Positions 21,798 to 31,425 of a DNA stretch of 64,000 nucleotides are shown here, piece after piece. The stretch is from NCBI GenBank assembly GCA_965197475.1, contig CBDANF010000003.1:2656001-2720000 (forward strand), given 5' to 3'. Source of the stretch: Candidatus Poribacteria bacterium (GTDB taxonomy: Bacteria; Poribacteria; WGA-4E; WGA-3G). Numbering within the stretch: position 1 is the first letter of the stretch; each line of letters opens with the position of its first letter. A model generated the notes under the pieces. The model was not told where the DNA came from. It saw nothing but the letters and a program-made list of their open reading frames with translations, and made no database searches. The position numbers and the translations under genes are program-made.

Positions 21798-24407
21798 TTA
21801 GAAATTGTAACCGATTTTGGTATACCAGAAAGCACCACCAAACCCGTAAGGACTATATTCACCGAAAGGTCTGCCAACGATTGAACCTGTAAAGTTTTCA
21901 ATATTCGGATCTGACCAAGTAATGTTATTAGGTTCAACATTGAATACATTATTGACACCAACCGTGATACCTAAGTTATCAGAAAATGCATAGTTAAATT
22001 CAAGATCAACTAAAAACACGTCGTCATAGATTTGTGAACCGACAGCGTATTCGAACCAAGGTCCGTAATAATTAACACGTCCCAAAACTCCTAAATTACC
22101 GACAACATTTTGTGTTAACGTCACGTTCCCGCGATGCTTGGGTAGCCCTTCTTCTAATAGCCGCACCCGTGAGTCGTCCAAAATATCCGCGTTGCGTTTG
22201 GTAACTTCAGTCTCAGTGTAGTTATATGCAAGACTCACAACACCTTTGGCGATTGGTGCTGTAAGAACCATGTCAATACCTTGCGTACTTGTTTCAAATT
22301 CGTTGGTAAAAAATCGGAATTCTTGCAGGTTTCCGGCACTCGTGATGCCTTCATCAACCAGTTGTTGAATTTGCTCCTCCTTAATATCTTCACCGCGTTG
22401 AAAGTCTTTAGAGGGCGCCAGCCGATCTTCTACTTTGATATTGAAATAATCTATTGTAACACTAACAACATCATCACTAATAACTGTTCCAACAGAAAAG
22501 TTTTTTGACTTTTCAGGTTCAAGTGCCTTACCACCCACCAAACCTGCGGCAGCATGGGTAGAAGGAATAGTGCCTTTATTGACCAAGGTATTATTTTCAC
22601 CAAATTCCGTTGTGACGTTAAAGGCATTTTGTTGCCCTGGTGTCGGTGCACGGAAACCGGTACTGTAACTGCCACGAACTCTCAAGTCTACCTCAGGATC
22701 AAGTGTAAGAAATTCCATGAGGTCGTCGCTGAAAGCATAACTCGTTGCAACTTTGTAGTTGATTGTGCTACCAAAATCATCAAAGTTTTCGGCTCGGATA
22801 GCAGCACTAACAACCCATGGGTCAATCGGTTTCAATTCCGTTTCTAAATATCCCGCGAAATTGGCACGCGTCCAATCGCCTTGCGCAATATCGCTGAAAC
22901 CGGGAAACCCGTTTGAACCTGAACTAAATCCTTGGCTTGCCAGTGGACCAATTTCCCAAGACTCTTTTTGTCCCTGCACAATTTCAAAAGTCTCTGTGCG
23001 ATATTCTGCGCCAGCGGCGAGGAAAACGAGGTCATGCAATGGATAGGTCAAGTCAAGGTTAATATTGGTATCTGCTTGGATATAATCACCCGGATCAAAT
23101 TCGGTTGGTGTATCGGGTCCAAGAGATGCATTCACTGTGTTTTTTATGAAAAAATCAGAAGCGTGCCTTCCATAAGATGCGCTCAAATCCCATCCTAAAT
23201 CCTCAGCGACTGTTCCCCTTAGTCCAACAAGACCGGAAACGTCTTGGGTATCTGCACCGAATCGGGGGGTAAACCCACCGGGAAAAAGTTCTTGGAATGT
23301 GAAAAGTTCATCATCCTCAAGAACTTGTTGTAAAGCCTCTGGGTCTGGAACATTATCGGTTATCTGGACCACAGGAACTTCGCCTTCTCCGGACAAACGT
23401 CCAACGAGTAAGGTTTCCCCACCATCGTTACTAAAAACAGCTGGTCGGGTATTGGGATTTCGGAAATAGAACCCGCCTTCAACTTGCTTCTGCGCGTAGT
23501 TCGCATGACCGTAGAGTTGAATGTTATTGACAATATCAATCCCATAGTTTGCAAAGAGCTTGATGTCGTCTCTAATAATCGGGTGTCCCCAGGGTTGAGC
23601 GGGATTGGCAACATTGCTATTTCCTGCGGCGGAAAGTGCGGCTGCATCATCCCGTTGTACTGAACGATCTGTCTCGTCCGCATTACCGTATTCCAAACTA
23701 AGGTTTGCCCAGATATCTTCTCGTCCTAAACCGATATTACCAGCGACAGAATATGTCAGACCGTCACTAAATTGGTAAATACCGGGTTTAATTACCAAAG
23801 AACCGCCTTTGTAACCGTCTTTTAATTGTAAGTTCATCACACCGGCAATAGCATCGGAACCGTATTGTGCCGATGCACCATCTCGTAGAACTTCCATCTG
23901 TTTAATCGCAATAGAAGGAATAGGTGAGAGGTCCGCACCTTGCGAACCATCGGATAATCCGTTGCCGAGCCAAGTAATAACAGAAGCGCGGTGGCGCCGT
24001 TTGCCGTTGACGAGTAACAACGTATGATCAGGTGCTAATCCTCGTAGGTTAGCAGGACGCACGACGGTTGCTGCATCAGCAATAGGCTGCGCATTCACAT
24101 TGTAAGAGGGCACCAAATTTCTTAATAGATCAGGCAAATCTGTCCCACCCTGTTTAACAAAGTCGTCGCTGAGCACGACATCAATAGGCACAGTGGATTC
24201 AAGAATGGAACGTGGCTTTGCACGCGTGCCGACAATAACCAAACCTTCAAGTTCCACGACTTCTTGGTCAGATGATGCTTCGCTTGATTCAGTTTCAGTA
24301 TCGCTTTCATGGTTATCTGCTACAGCGACAGGTAAAAAAACCATAGAAACCGCTAATGCTATGTAAAACGAGAGCAGAAACGGCTTAATATCAGATGTAC
24401 CTTTCAT
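21798..24407 (-). CDS. TonB-dependent receptor
   Basis: LVIVGTR TonB-box region, NLRGLAPDHTLLLVNGKR plug, EVLRDGASAQYGSDAIAGVMN, C-terminal YTKIGYNF. Confidence 0.92.
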   Translation of the reverse strand: MKGTSDIKPFLLSFYIALAVSMVFLPVAVADNHESDTETESSEASSDQEVVELEGLVIVGTRAKPRSILESTVPIDVVLSDDFVKQGGTDLPDLLRNLVPSYNVNAQPIADAATVVRPANLRGLAPDHTLLLVNGKRRHRASVITWLGNGLSDGSQGADLSPIPSIAIKQMEVLRDGASAQYGSDAIAGVMNLQLKDGYKGGSLVIKPGIYQFSDGLTYSVAGNIGLGREDIWANLSLEYGNADETDRSVQRDDAAALSAAGNSNVANPAQPWGHPIIRDDIKLFANYGIDIVNNIQLYGHANYAQKQVEGGFYFRNPNTRPAVFSNDGGETLLVGRLSGEGEVPVVQITDNVPDPEALQQVLEDDELFTFQELFPGGFTPRFGADTQDVSGLVGLRGTVAEDLGWDLSASYGRHASDFFIKNTVNASLGPDTPTEFDPGDYIQADTNINLDLTYPLHDLVFLAAGAEYRTETFEIVQGQKESWEIGPLASQGFSSGSNGFPGFSDIAQGDWTRANFAGYLETELKPIDPWVVSAAIRAENFDDFGSTINYKVATSYAFSDDLMEFLTLDPEVDLRVRGSYSTGFRAPTPGQQNAFNVTTEFGENNTLVNKGTIPSTHAAAGLVGGKALEPEKSKNFSVGTVISDDVVSVTIDYFNIKVEDRLAPSKDFQRGEDIKEEQIQQLVDEGITSAGNLQEFRFFTNEFETSTQGIDMVLTAPIAKGVVSLAYNYTETEVTKRNADILDDSRVRLLEEGLPKHRGNVTLTQNVVGNLGVLGRVNYYGPWFEYAVGSQIYDDVFLVDLEFNYAFSDNLGITVGVNNVFNVEPNNITWSDPNIENFTGSIVGRPFGEYSPYGFGGAFWYTKIGYNF

Positions 24408-24522
24408 AATTTACTCTCCCTTTTTATATGCAAAATACGAGGGTATTGGTTAAATAATGATGCGGTAATTAGTGGGTACCCTCTGAACCACTCTGCATCA
24501 CATTTCAATTAGAGTAGAGTTA

Positions 24523-24551
24523 ATGATAACACTTATGACAAAAATTGTCAA
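24523..24551 (-). promoter_or_regulatory. Sigma70-type promoter with overlapping palindrome
   Basis: Minus strand TTGACA-N17-TATCAT; TGACA-AAAAT-TGTCA inverted repeat overlaps the -35. Confidence 0.6.
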
Positions 24552-24632
24552 TCAAAATCAAACTAATAAACTGATTAAGTAGGCATGAATTGTAGATTTA
24601 CAAACACGCCTACCGAGTTTTTGTTACATATT

Positions 24633-27404
24633 TTAGAAACTGTAACCGACTTTAGCATACCAGTACGCGCCATCAAACCCAAACGGACTGAATTGTCCGT
24701 ATTTGTTACCAACAGAAGCAGCAGCATTCGGATTTTCATCGGGAAAGGTATTAAGGATATTTCTTCCACCGAGAGTGAGAGCCAATCCGGACTCCACGGT
24801 GTAAGTGGTTTCTAAGTCGAAAATAACCCTTCCAGTGTATTCTCCAGTTCCTTCCACATCTGGATTCTGTAAGTAATCTTCAGAATCGAACCAACCGCTG
24901 AAATAACTGGCGCGCCCGAGCACTCCCCACGCATCCGTTATGGATTGACCGACAGTCAGGCTTCCGCGGTGTTTAGGTAAATTCTCTTGCAGTTCCCGGA
25001 TTCGATCAGCGTTCAGTGTGGTAGAATCGAAGAAAGCTTCAAGTTCAGGAGTTAATTCGACAGCAGGATCGAAATCAGAAGGTAATTCGTCGAGTTCTCC
25101 GTCGACTACGAGATGGGTAACCTTAGTTGACGTGAAGTTATACACGGCGATGAGGTTTCCGTTGGGCATTGGTGCTGTAATGACAAAGTCAATACCATTG
25201 GTTGTGGAATTGAAGTCATTGATAAAGAACTGGAATGTTTCCAGATTCGCTGCACTGGTTACACCTGAGTCGATGAGCTGCTCCTTCTGCCCGTCAGTCA
25301 ATGTATAGTGTTGTGACACCGATAACCGGTTTTTCAACCGAATATCAAATAAGTCCATCGTGAAGTTTACGCCCAAAATATCAACGGTAAATCCACCTGT
25401 GAAGTTATTTGATGTTTCCGGGTCAAGCGAGTTATCTTCCTTGCCTGTCACAACACCGACAGCAGAGTTGGTGGAAGGAATTGTTCCTTTATTAACGAGA
25501 TCACCCTTCTCAAAATCGTATTCAGTGGTAATATTGAACGTATTTTGCTGCCCGGGTGTTGGTGCGCGGAACCCAGTACTATAACTTCCCCGCAACCGCA
25601 TCGTTTCCGTAACCTTGTAGTTTACAGCGGCTTTGTAGTTCAGGGTGCCACCGAAAATCTCAAATTGTTCACCGCGCACAGCCAGCGCGATCAGGAGCGG
25701 ATCAATCGGTCTGATTTCAGTTTCCAGATACGCCGCAACGTTGTAACGGTGCCATTTGCCTGCCGCAACTGGGCTGAACCCCGAAAATCCGTTGGAGGCA
25801 GCAGTGAAGCCTTGCGCTGCGAGGGGCCCGATCTGATGCGACTCGCGTTCGCCCTCTATGATTTCAAATCCTTCGTCCCGATATTCCAAACCAGAAGCGA
25901 GGAATACCATGTCGTTCAACAGATAGGTTACATCAAAGTTGAGGTTGTAATCTGTCTGGATATAATCGCCCGGATCAAAGTATGTCGGTGTATCTGGTCC
26001 GAGGGAAGCATTGACGGTATTGAAGATAAAGAAATCGGCATGGTGCCGTCCAAAAGAACCACTCACATCCCACGTTAGGGGGTTGCCTAACGCTTCTTCC
26101 AGAGCAGTGCCCTTAACGCCAACGACGACGGAACTATCCCATGCGAACGCGCCAAATCTGGGGGTGAATCCGCCTGGAAACATCTCCTGGAATGTGAATA
26201 GATTCGGGTCATTCTTGACTGCTTGCAACCGTTCTGGATCAGGAACATCGTCGGTTATCGGGATATCGTCAGCATCGTGAGGTGACAGTTCGGGAAACGC
26301 CTCTCCGGCCTCCACTGCTGCCGCATTTTCGGCTTCCCAATCTGCCTTTCGGGCTTCCCAGGCTGCCATCTCGTCTGTCAAACCTCGCAAATCCCCGACG
26401 AGCAATATATCGCTATCGGCTTTGCTAAACACGCCATTGCGAGTGTTTGGATTTCGGAAATAGAATCCACCTTCAACCCGCTTGCGGGCGTAGTTGGCAT
26501 GCCCATAAAAATCAATGGTATCTGTGAGAGTAGCACCGTAGTTGGCAAACAATTTGGTGTCACCCTCTATAATCGGCTGTCCCCAAATTTGCGCGGGGTC
26601 TTTCACTCTGAAATTGCCTGCGTTAATCAAGTTTATCGCATCAGTGCGTTGCACAGAACGGATGGTCGGATCTGCGCCACCGTATTCAAAACTGAGGCTA
26701 CTCCACGCGTCTGGGGTACCTAAACCGATATTGCCAGCGAGCGCAAACTGCTGACCATCGCCGTACTGGTAGATACCGGGTTTAAATTCAAACGAACCGC
26801 CTTCGTAGTTGTCTTTCAATTGAAAATTCATCACCCCAGCAATGGCATCAGAACCGTATTGTGCGGATGCTCCATCTCGTAGCACCTCAACCTGTCTCAG
26901 CGCGATTGCCGGAATAGCCGACAGATCAGGCCCCTGTGAACCATCAGATAAACCGTTCCCGAGCCAGTGAATCACTGAGGCACGGTGTCGACGCTTGTTA
27001 TTGACCAGTACCAGCGTATGATCTGGGGCAAGCCCCCGTAAATTCGCCGGACGCACCACCGTTGACGCATCACTAATCGGTTGTGTATTGATGTTGTAAG
27101 ACGGCACCAAAGTTCTCAGCAAATCCGGTAGATCTGCGCCGCCCTGCTTTTCAAAGGATTTGTTTGACACAACATCAATCGGGACCGCTGAATCCAAGAT
27201 AGAACGCGGTCTTGCCCGCGTACCGACGACCACTACGCTCTCAATTTCAACAACGTCTTCTTCAGAGGTCGCTTCCGTCGATTCAGACTCAGCCGCTTCT
27301 GTGCTTTCTTCCTGTGCTACTGAGATAGGTAAATATACCATACAAACGGCAAAAGCGATGAACATCGCAAGCAGAAAGGGTTTAAAATTAAATGTGACTT
27401 TCAT
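24633..27404 (-). CDS. TonB-dependent receptor, tandem paralog
   Basis: Same plug and barrel motifs; C-terminal YAKVGYSF; two acidic insertions relative to neighbour. Confidence 0.92.
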   Translation of the reverse strand: MKVTFNFKPFLLAMFIAFAVCMVYLPISVAQEESTEAAESESTEATSEEDVVEIESVVVVGTRARPRSILDSAVPIDVVSNKSFEKQGGADLPDLLRTLVPSYNINTQPISDASTVVRPANLRGLAPDHTLVLVNNKRRHRASVIHWLGNGLSDGSQGPDLSAIPAIALRQVEVLRDGASAQYGSDAIAGVMNFQLKDNYEGGSFEFKPGIYQYGDGQQFALAGNIGLGTPDAWSSLSFEYGGADPTIRSVQRTDAINLINAGNFRVKDPAQIWGQPIIEGDTKLFANYGATLTDTIDFYGHANYARKRVEGGFYFRNPNTRNGVFSKADSDILLVGDLRGLTDEMAAWEARKADWEAENAAAVEAGEAFPELSPHDADDIPITDDVPDPERLQAVKNDPNLFTFQEMFPGGFTPRFGAFAWDSSVVVGVKGTALEEALGNPLTWDVSGSFGRHHADFFIFNTVNASLGPDTPTYFDPGDYIQTDYNLNFDVTYLLNDMVFLASGLEYRDEGFEIIEGERESHQIGPLAAQGFTAASNGFSGFSPVAAGKWHRYNVAAYLETEIRPIDPLLIALAVRGEQFEIFGGTLNYKAAVNYKVTETMRLRGSYSTGFRAPTPGQQNTFNITTEYDFEKGDLVNKGTIPSTNSAVGVVTGKEDNSLDPETSNNFTGGFTVDILGVNFTMDLFDIRLKNRLSVSQHYTLTDGQKEQLIDSGVTSAANLETFQFFINDFNSTTNGIDFVITAPMPNGNLIAVYNFTSTKVTHLVVDGELDELPSDFDPAVELTPELEAFFDSTTLNADRIRELQENLPKHRGSLTVGQSITDAWGVLGRASYFSGWFDSEDYLQNPDVEGTGEYTGRVIFDLETTYTVESGLALTLGGRNILNTFPDENPNAAASVGNKYGQFSPFGFDGAYWYAKVGYSF

Positions 27405-27453
27405 TAATCATACTCCTTAGAATATTCTTTGTCTTAAATAACGTAACTGCACT

Positions 27454-27555
27454 TATAGTAAAACTTACAATTATTGAGATATATTGTAAACGAACTATGT
27501 AAGCACGCCTTGACATTTAATAGGTAAATGCCTACATATTCCATATTTTACTATA
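27454..27555. mobile_element. TATAGTA...TACTATA MITE in the receptor's upstream region
   Basis: TATAGTAAAACTTACAATTA / ATATTTTACTATA. Confidence 0.6.
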
Positions 27556-27701
27556 GAAACAAGAAACGATTCAAGTTTAGACTCTAAAATTGGCATCCGA
27601 ACTTTTCGGAAACCGATTTGTTGAACATTCAACTGTGTGATTCACAAATTATAACATAAGTTTCACTTGAAGTCAAAAGAAAAATTTGATATATTTATGA
27701 T

Positions 27702-28469
27702 ATGCTAGTACTTTATTTGGCAATTTCATCTGTAACCGTGCTGCTTGGTGCAGGATTAGCAATTGTTTTTCGTGATAAACAGACTGAATTCCGATTAATT
27801 TTCGGTTTTACAGCCGGTGCAGTGTTCGGCTTTGTCTTAATGCTAATGGTCCATCTTGTGTGGGAAGAAAGCGACCTAATGAAGGTTAATTACCTCATGA
27901 TTTTGGTGATGTGGGTAGGCTTTCTGTTGATTTGGATGTTGGAGAATCTTACACATCGGATTCGTGAACGTTTTGGTAATCAGACAGAAGTACATAAGAA
28001 AAATGTATGGGGAGTCAATTTAACACTTATCGGTTTATCAATTCATGCAATTGTGGATGGTTTCAATCTCAGTACTGCGGCGAAAGATCCTACAGATGGC
28101 ATCGTACTTGCTCTTGGAGTACTACTTCATCGTTTGCCGGTAGCGACAGTTATAACTACAGTCTTACGTCACAATTACGGGGTTATACGGACACTGTTGC
28201 ATCTCATTCCGCTCATAATGGCTCCGTTTGTAGGGGCATTCATGGGGGAAAGTTTACAACAAGGTGTTTTTATGGAGTTGACAGAGTATCTAACAGCTTT
28301 TGCAGTAGGGACATTATTACATGTTGTGATGGACGGTTTACGAGGGGGTTGTGTGCCATCAGAAGAAAAGATTAGTTCTTCAACCAAAATAGCATTTGTT
28401 ATTGGGTTGATTTTAACTTTATGTGCTATGTTTTTTATTCCTGGGTTAGAGCATGAGCATGTACATTAA
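27702..28469 (+). CDS. ZIP-family metal transporter
   Basis: Multi-TM; GLSIHAIVDG and GVLLHRLP motifs; C-terminal HEHVH. Confidence 0.75.
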   Translation: MLVLYLAISSVTVLLGAGLAIVFRDKQTEFRLIFGFTAGAVFGFVLMLMVHLVWEESDLMKVNYLMILVMWVGFLLIWMLENLTHRIRERFGNQTEVHKKNVWGVNLTLIGLSIHAIVDGFNLSTAAKDPTDGIVLALGVLLHRLPVATVITTVLRHNYGVIRTLLHLIPLIMAPFVGAFMGESLQQGVFMELTEYLTAFAVGTLLHVVMDGLRGGCVPSEEKISSSTKIAFVIGLILTLCAMFFIPGLEHEHVH

Positions 28470-30978
28470 AACTTCAGCAATACGACCTGAGATAAACGTA
28501 TATCCTATTTTGCAGACGGTTTTCTGTTTTCTAATATTAGCACTGCAGGTGGATGCAGCAGAGATTCCGATTGTTGTATCGGGTGAACCCAAGGCAACCG
28601 TGCAAATTGGTGCTAATGTTTCAACGCAAGAGCAATTTGCTGCATCCGAAATCCAGAACTTTATTGAAACATTCACTGGTACTCAGCTTGAACTGCGTAC
28701 CAATCAACAGTCTACAACAACGCAGACGGTTATAGTTTTAGGTACACCTATCACAAATCCAACGATTCGAACACTTCAGGAGAAGGTTGGTTTTGAATTG
28801 CCAGAAGAAATTGGCGAGGAAGGTTATCAGATTAAATCCGTTGACCTTGGGACAGAAATCGTTATCGTCGTGGCTGCCCACACATCACGCGGTGTAATTT
28901 ACGGCGCGTATGCCTTTATTGAGGCATGCATCACCGCTTTGACAGGACTCAAACCTGTCCATCCAGAAATAGCAGTCGCACGTTTGCCTACACTGCGCGT
29001 GCCCTTTCTGGACGAAACATCCCGCCCATTTTACCCGATTCGAGCAGTGTTAGAAATAGATGATCCAGATTGGCTCGCAAGACAACGTGTGAATATGAGT
29101 GGTGGTGAAGGTGTTTGGACCGGAACCGGAATTGAAGACGGATTTGGCACCGCTTTCAAATATGTGGATACATCCGCTTTTTCTGCGTTACAAGATGAGC
29201 CGCGTGCACAACGATTAGAAAGGATTCAAACGCTCAAAGACCGTTTTACTGCTTTAAATAACCGTGGTATTGATGCCTATCTTTTTATGTATGTGACCGG
29301 TGAACCTACAGAGGCACTTATTAAAGCACGTCCAGATATATTGGGACCAGAGGTATTGTACGGGGCATCCAGGAATGAGGTTTCTTATCGACCGTTTTGC
29401 TGGTCAAAACCCGAATTCCACACGCTCGCACGGCAATTGACACAGGAAATTGTGAAAACCTACCCTGCTCTCGCTGGATTTCACCTACGATCTTGGGGAC
29501 ACGAGACGCGGGCGTGCAATTGCCCTGAATGTGGTGACCGCTCCCCAGAAGGGCAAGCGAAACTATGGGAGGTATATTTCACGATTATCAAAGCAGCGCG
29601 GGAAGTACGTCCGGATTTTAAGTTTTATATTTCGGGATATGATAGGAGTTGGCTGCAAGACCCAGATGGCGACTATGCACGCCAATTACCAAAAGGTACT
29701 ATTTTTTCACAGAAGTGGGGAGCAGACGGGGAACCGGTCATTGATCCAAATATCCCTATTTCACAAATGAATGCGCTCGGAGAGATGGGACACCGATTCA
29801 TTGTGCTTTCACATGATGTTGAAGAGGTAATGCCATTCTGGATGCTTGAAAGCGATCTGTTTGTACAAGGTGTACGCCAACTTGCCAACTCACCTGAAGT
29901 TATTGGGTTAAGCGGATTCACTGTGCAAGGCGCAGCGCAAGGCTTAGGATATCTTGACCGACTCGTGAGTGCTCGTATTAATTGGGATATCCAACTTGAT
30001 CATATCCAACTATTTCGAAATGAATTAGTGGCTCGCTATGGAAACACAAAAGCAGCAGAGTTGATTCTAAGTGCCCTACGTATCAATGAATGGACATTGG
30101 CGAGCTATTTTTCCGATTATGCAAGTTCCATCTCCATAGGTGGCAGCTACGGCAGTGGGTCAGCTGGTTTAGCAACACGGTTTTGGAACCTGATTGGTAG
30201 CAAAGCTGTGGAAAATACGCTGGCAATTCCAGAATTAAAAATCGCACAGACTGCTGTCCAACGATTCACAAATCTTCTGGCACCGCAGCTACGAGCAGCG
30301 AATGAGATGCAAGAAGCATACGAAATCGCGGAACCGGTAGACCTTGAAGCATCACAAGATTTGCGCGATGCAATGCACTTAATGAGGTTGTGGGTTTTGC
30401 TGTTTCAGAGTCGCGAAAAACTGGTGGAAGCTATTGCACTCGGCTATGAAGTTAACACTGGTAGTGCTATTAATGCTAAACTTGCTAGTGCAGCGGAGTT
30501 CTCAAGATCAATACAACCTTTGATAAAGCAGTTTGAAGAATTTGGTCCTCTTTTTGGTTATTCGCATCAGACGAATGAGGTAGAATTGTTGAATACCTTA
30601 AAAGAAGAGGTTGCATGGCTATCAAGTTTCGACTATCGGTTGCTCCAAAAACATGACGAAAGTTTTTCACCCGATGAAACCGCCTTTCGTATCTGTGAAG
30701 TCTACAACTATCCGAATCCACTTAAGCGCAAAACGACATTTACCTATCTGTTGACACTTGATGCAGATGAGGTGAAGATAAACATTTATACTGCATCAGG
30801 ACGGCGTATCCGTGTATTGAAGGATGTTTCCGCGAAAGAGGGGTATAACGAGGTGACGTGGAACGCTCTTGACGCTGAAGGGACACCGCTTGCAAATGGG
30901 GTTTATTTTTACAAAATTCGTGCTGTCCTCGGAGATAAAAACGTTGAAAGCATCCACCGAATGGCTGTGATAAGGTAG
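28453..30978 (+). CDS. Secreted putative glycoside-hydrolase-like protein (GH67/GH20-type N-domain) with FlgD-like C-terminal domain
   Basis: FAASEIQNFIE...GEEGYQI...RGVIYGAY N-domain; CNCPEC; YNYPNP...LANGVYFYKI. Confidence 0.6.
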   Translation: MSMYIKTSAIRPEINVYPILQTVFCFLILALQVDAAEIPIVVSGEPKATVQIGANVSTQEQFAASEIQNFIETFTGTQLELRTNQQSTTTQTVIVLGTPITNPTIRTLQEKVGFELPEEIGEEGYQIKSVDLGTEIVIVVAAHTSRGVIYGAYAFIEACITALTGLKPVHPEIAVARLPTLRVPFLDETSRPFYPIRAVLEIDDPDWLARQRVNMSGGEGVWTGTGIEDGFGTAFKYVDTSAFSALQDEPRAQRLERIQTLKDRFTALNNRGIDAYLFMYVTGEPTEALIKARPDILGPEVLYGASRNEVSYRPFCWSKPEFHTLARQLTQEIVKTYPALAGFHLRSWGHETRACNCPECGDRSPEGQAKLWEVYFTIIKAAREVRPDFKFYISGYDRSWLQDPDGDYARQLPKGTIFSQKWGADGEPVIDPNIPISQMNALGEMGHRFIVLSHDVEEVMPFWMLESDLFVQGVRQLANSPEVIGLSGFTVQGAAQGLGYLDRLVSARINWDIQLDHIQLFRNELVARYGNTKAAELILSALRINEWTLASYFSDYASSISIGGSYGSGSAGLATRFWNLIGSKAVENTLAIPELKIAQTAVQRFTNLLAPQLRAANEMQEAYEIAEPVDLEASQDLRDAMHLMRLWVLLFQSREKLVEAIALGYEVNTGSAINAKLASAAEFSRSIQPLIKQFEEFGPLFGYSHQTNEVELLNTLKEEVAWLSSFDYRLLQKHDESFSPDETAFRICEVYNYPNPLKRKTTFTYLLTLDADEVKINIYTASGRRIRVLKDVSAKEGYNEVTWNALDAEGTPLANGVYFYKIRAVLGDKNVESIHRMAVIR

Positions 30979-31012
30979 TGCCTTCATAAAATTCGTAGGT
31001 CGGGTAGCATAG

Positions 31013-31425
31013 AATTCGTAGGTCGGGTAGAGCGCAGCGAAACCCTTATGTGTCAATTTGGTGTATAATACCAAATTAACGCGATTTGTAGCGCGAGGTC
31101 CCCGTGCCTTGCAATGCTAACTGCTACGTAGAAAACTAATAATCAAGTTAATTTGGTATAAGTTAGATTACGTAAGTTTTGTCTGAACCAGGATTTTCAG
31201 GATTTCCAGATTTTCAGGATTAGCAACTTCTCATCTATATGTTTTTCTCAAGATAGACAGCAATGTTCATCCGCCCCCAAAACATTTATAGCCTAAACAA
31301 TCCTGGTAATCCGATAATCCTGAAAATCCTGGTTCAGAAAACATTACGCCTAACTCACAAAAAACACATTCATTTCCTTAAATTGATACCTACGGGTTTC
31401 ACTTACGCTTTACCCAACCTACGAA
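31013..31425. repeat. Inverted GTAG-REP pair enclosing nested MITEs (31069-31158 and 31182-31338)
   Basis: GTAGGTCGGGTAGAGCGCAGCGAAACCC ... GGGTTTCACTTACGCTTTACCCAACCTAC; inner TIRs TACCAAATTAAC/GTTAATTTGGTA and TCTGAACCAGGATTTTCAGGATT/AATCCTGAAAATCCTGGTTCAGA. Confidence 0.75.

Noticed and set aside
27560-27660. Cobalamin or c-di-GMP riboswitch, or Zur box, upstream of the TonB receptor
   Set aside because: Only a short TCCGAA/TTCGGA hairpin and a half-match ATTATAACAT; no B12 box
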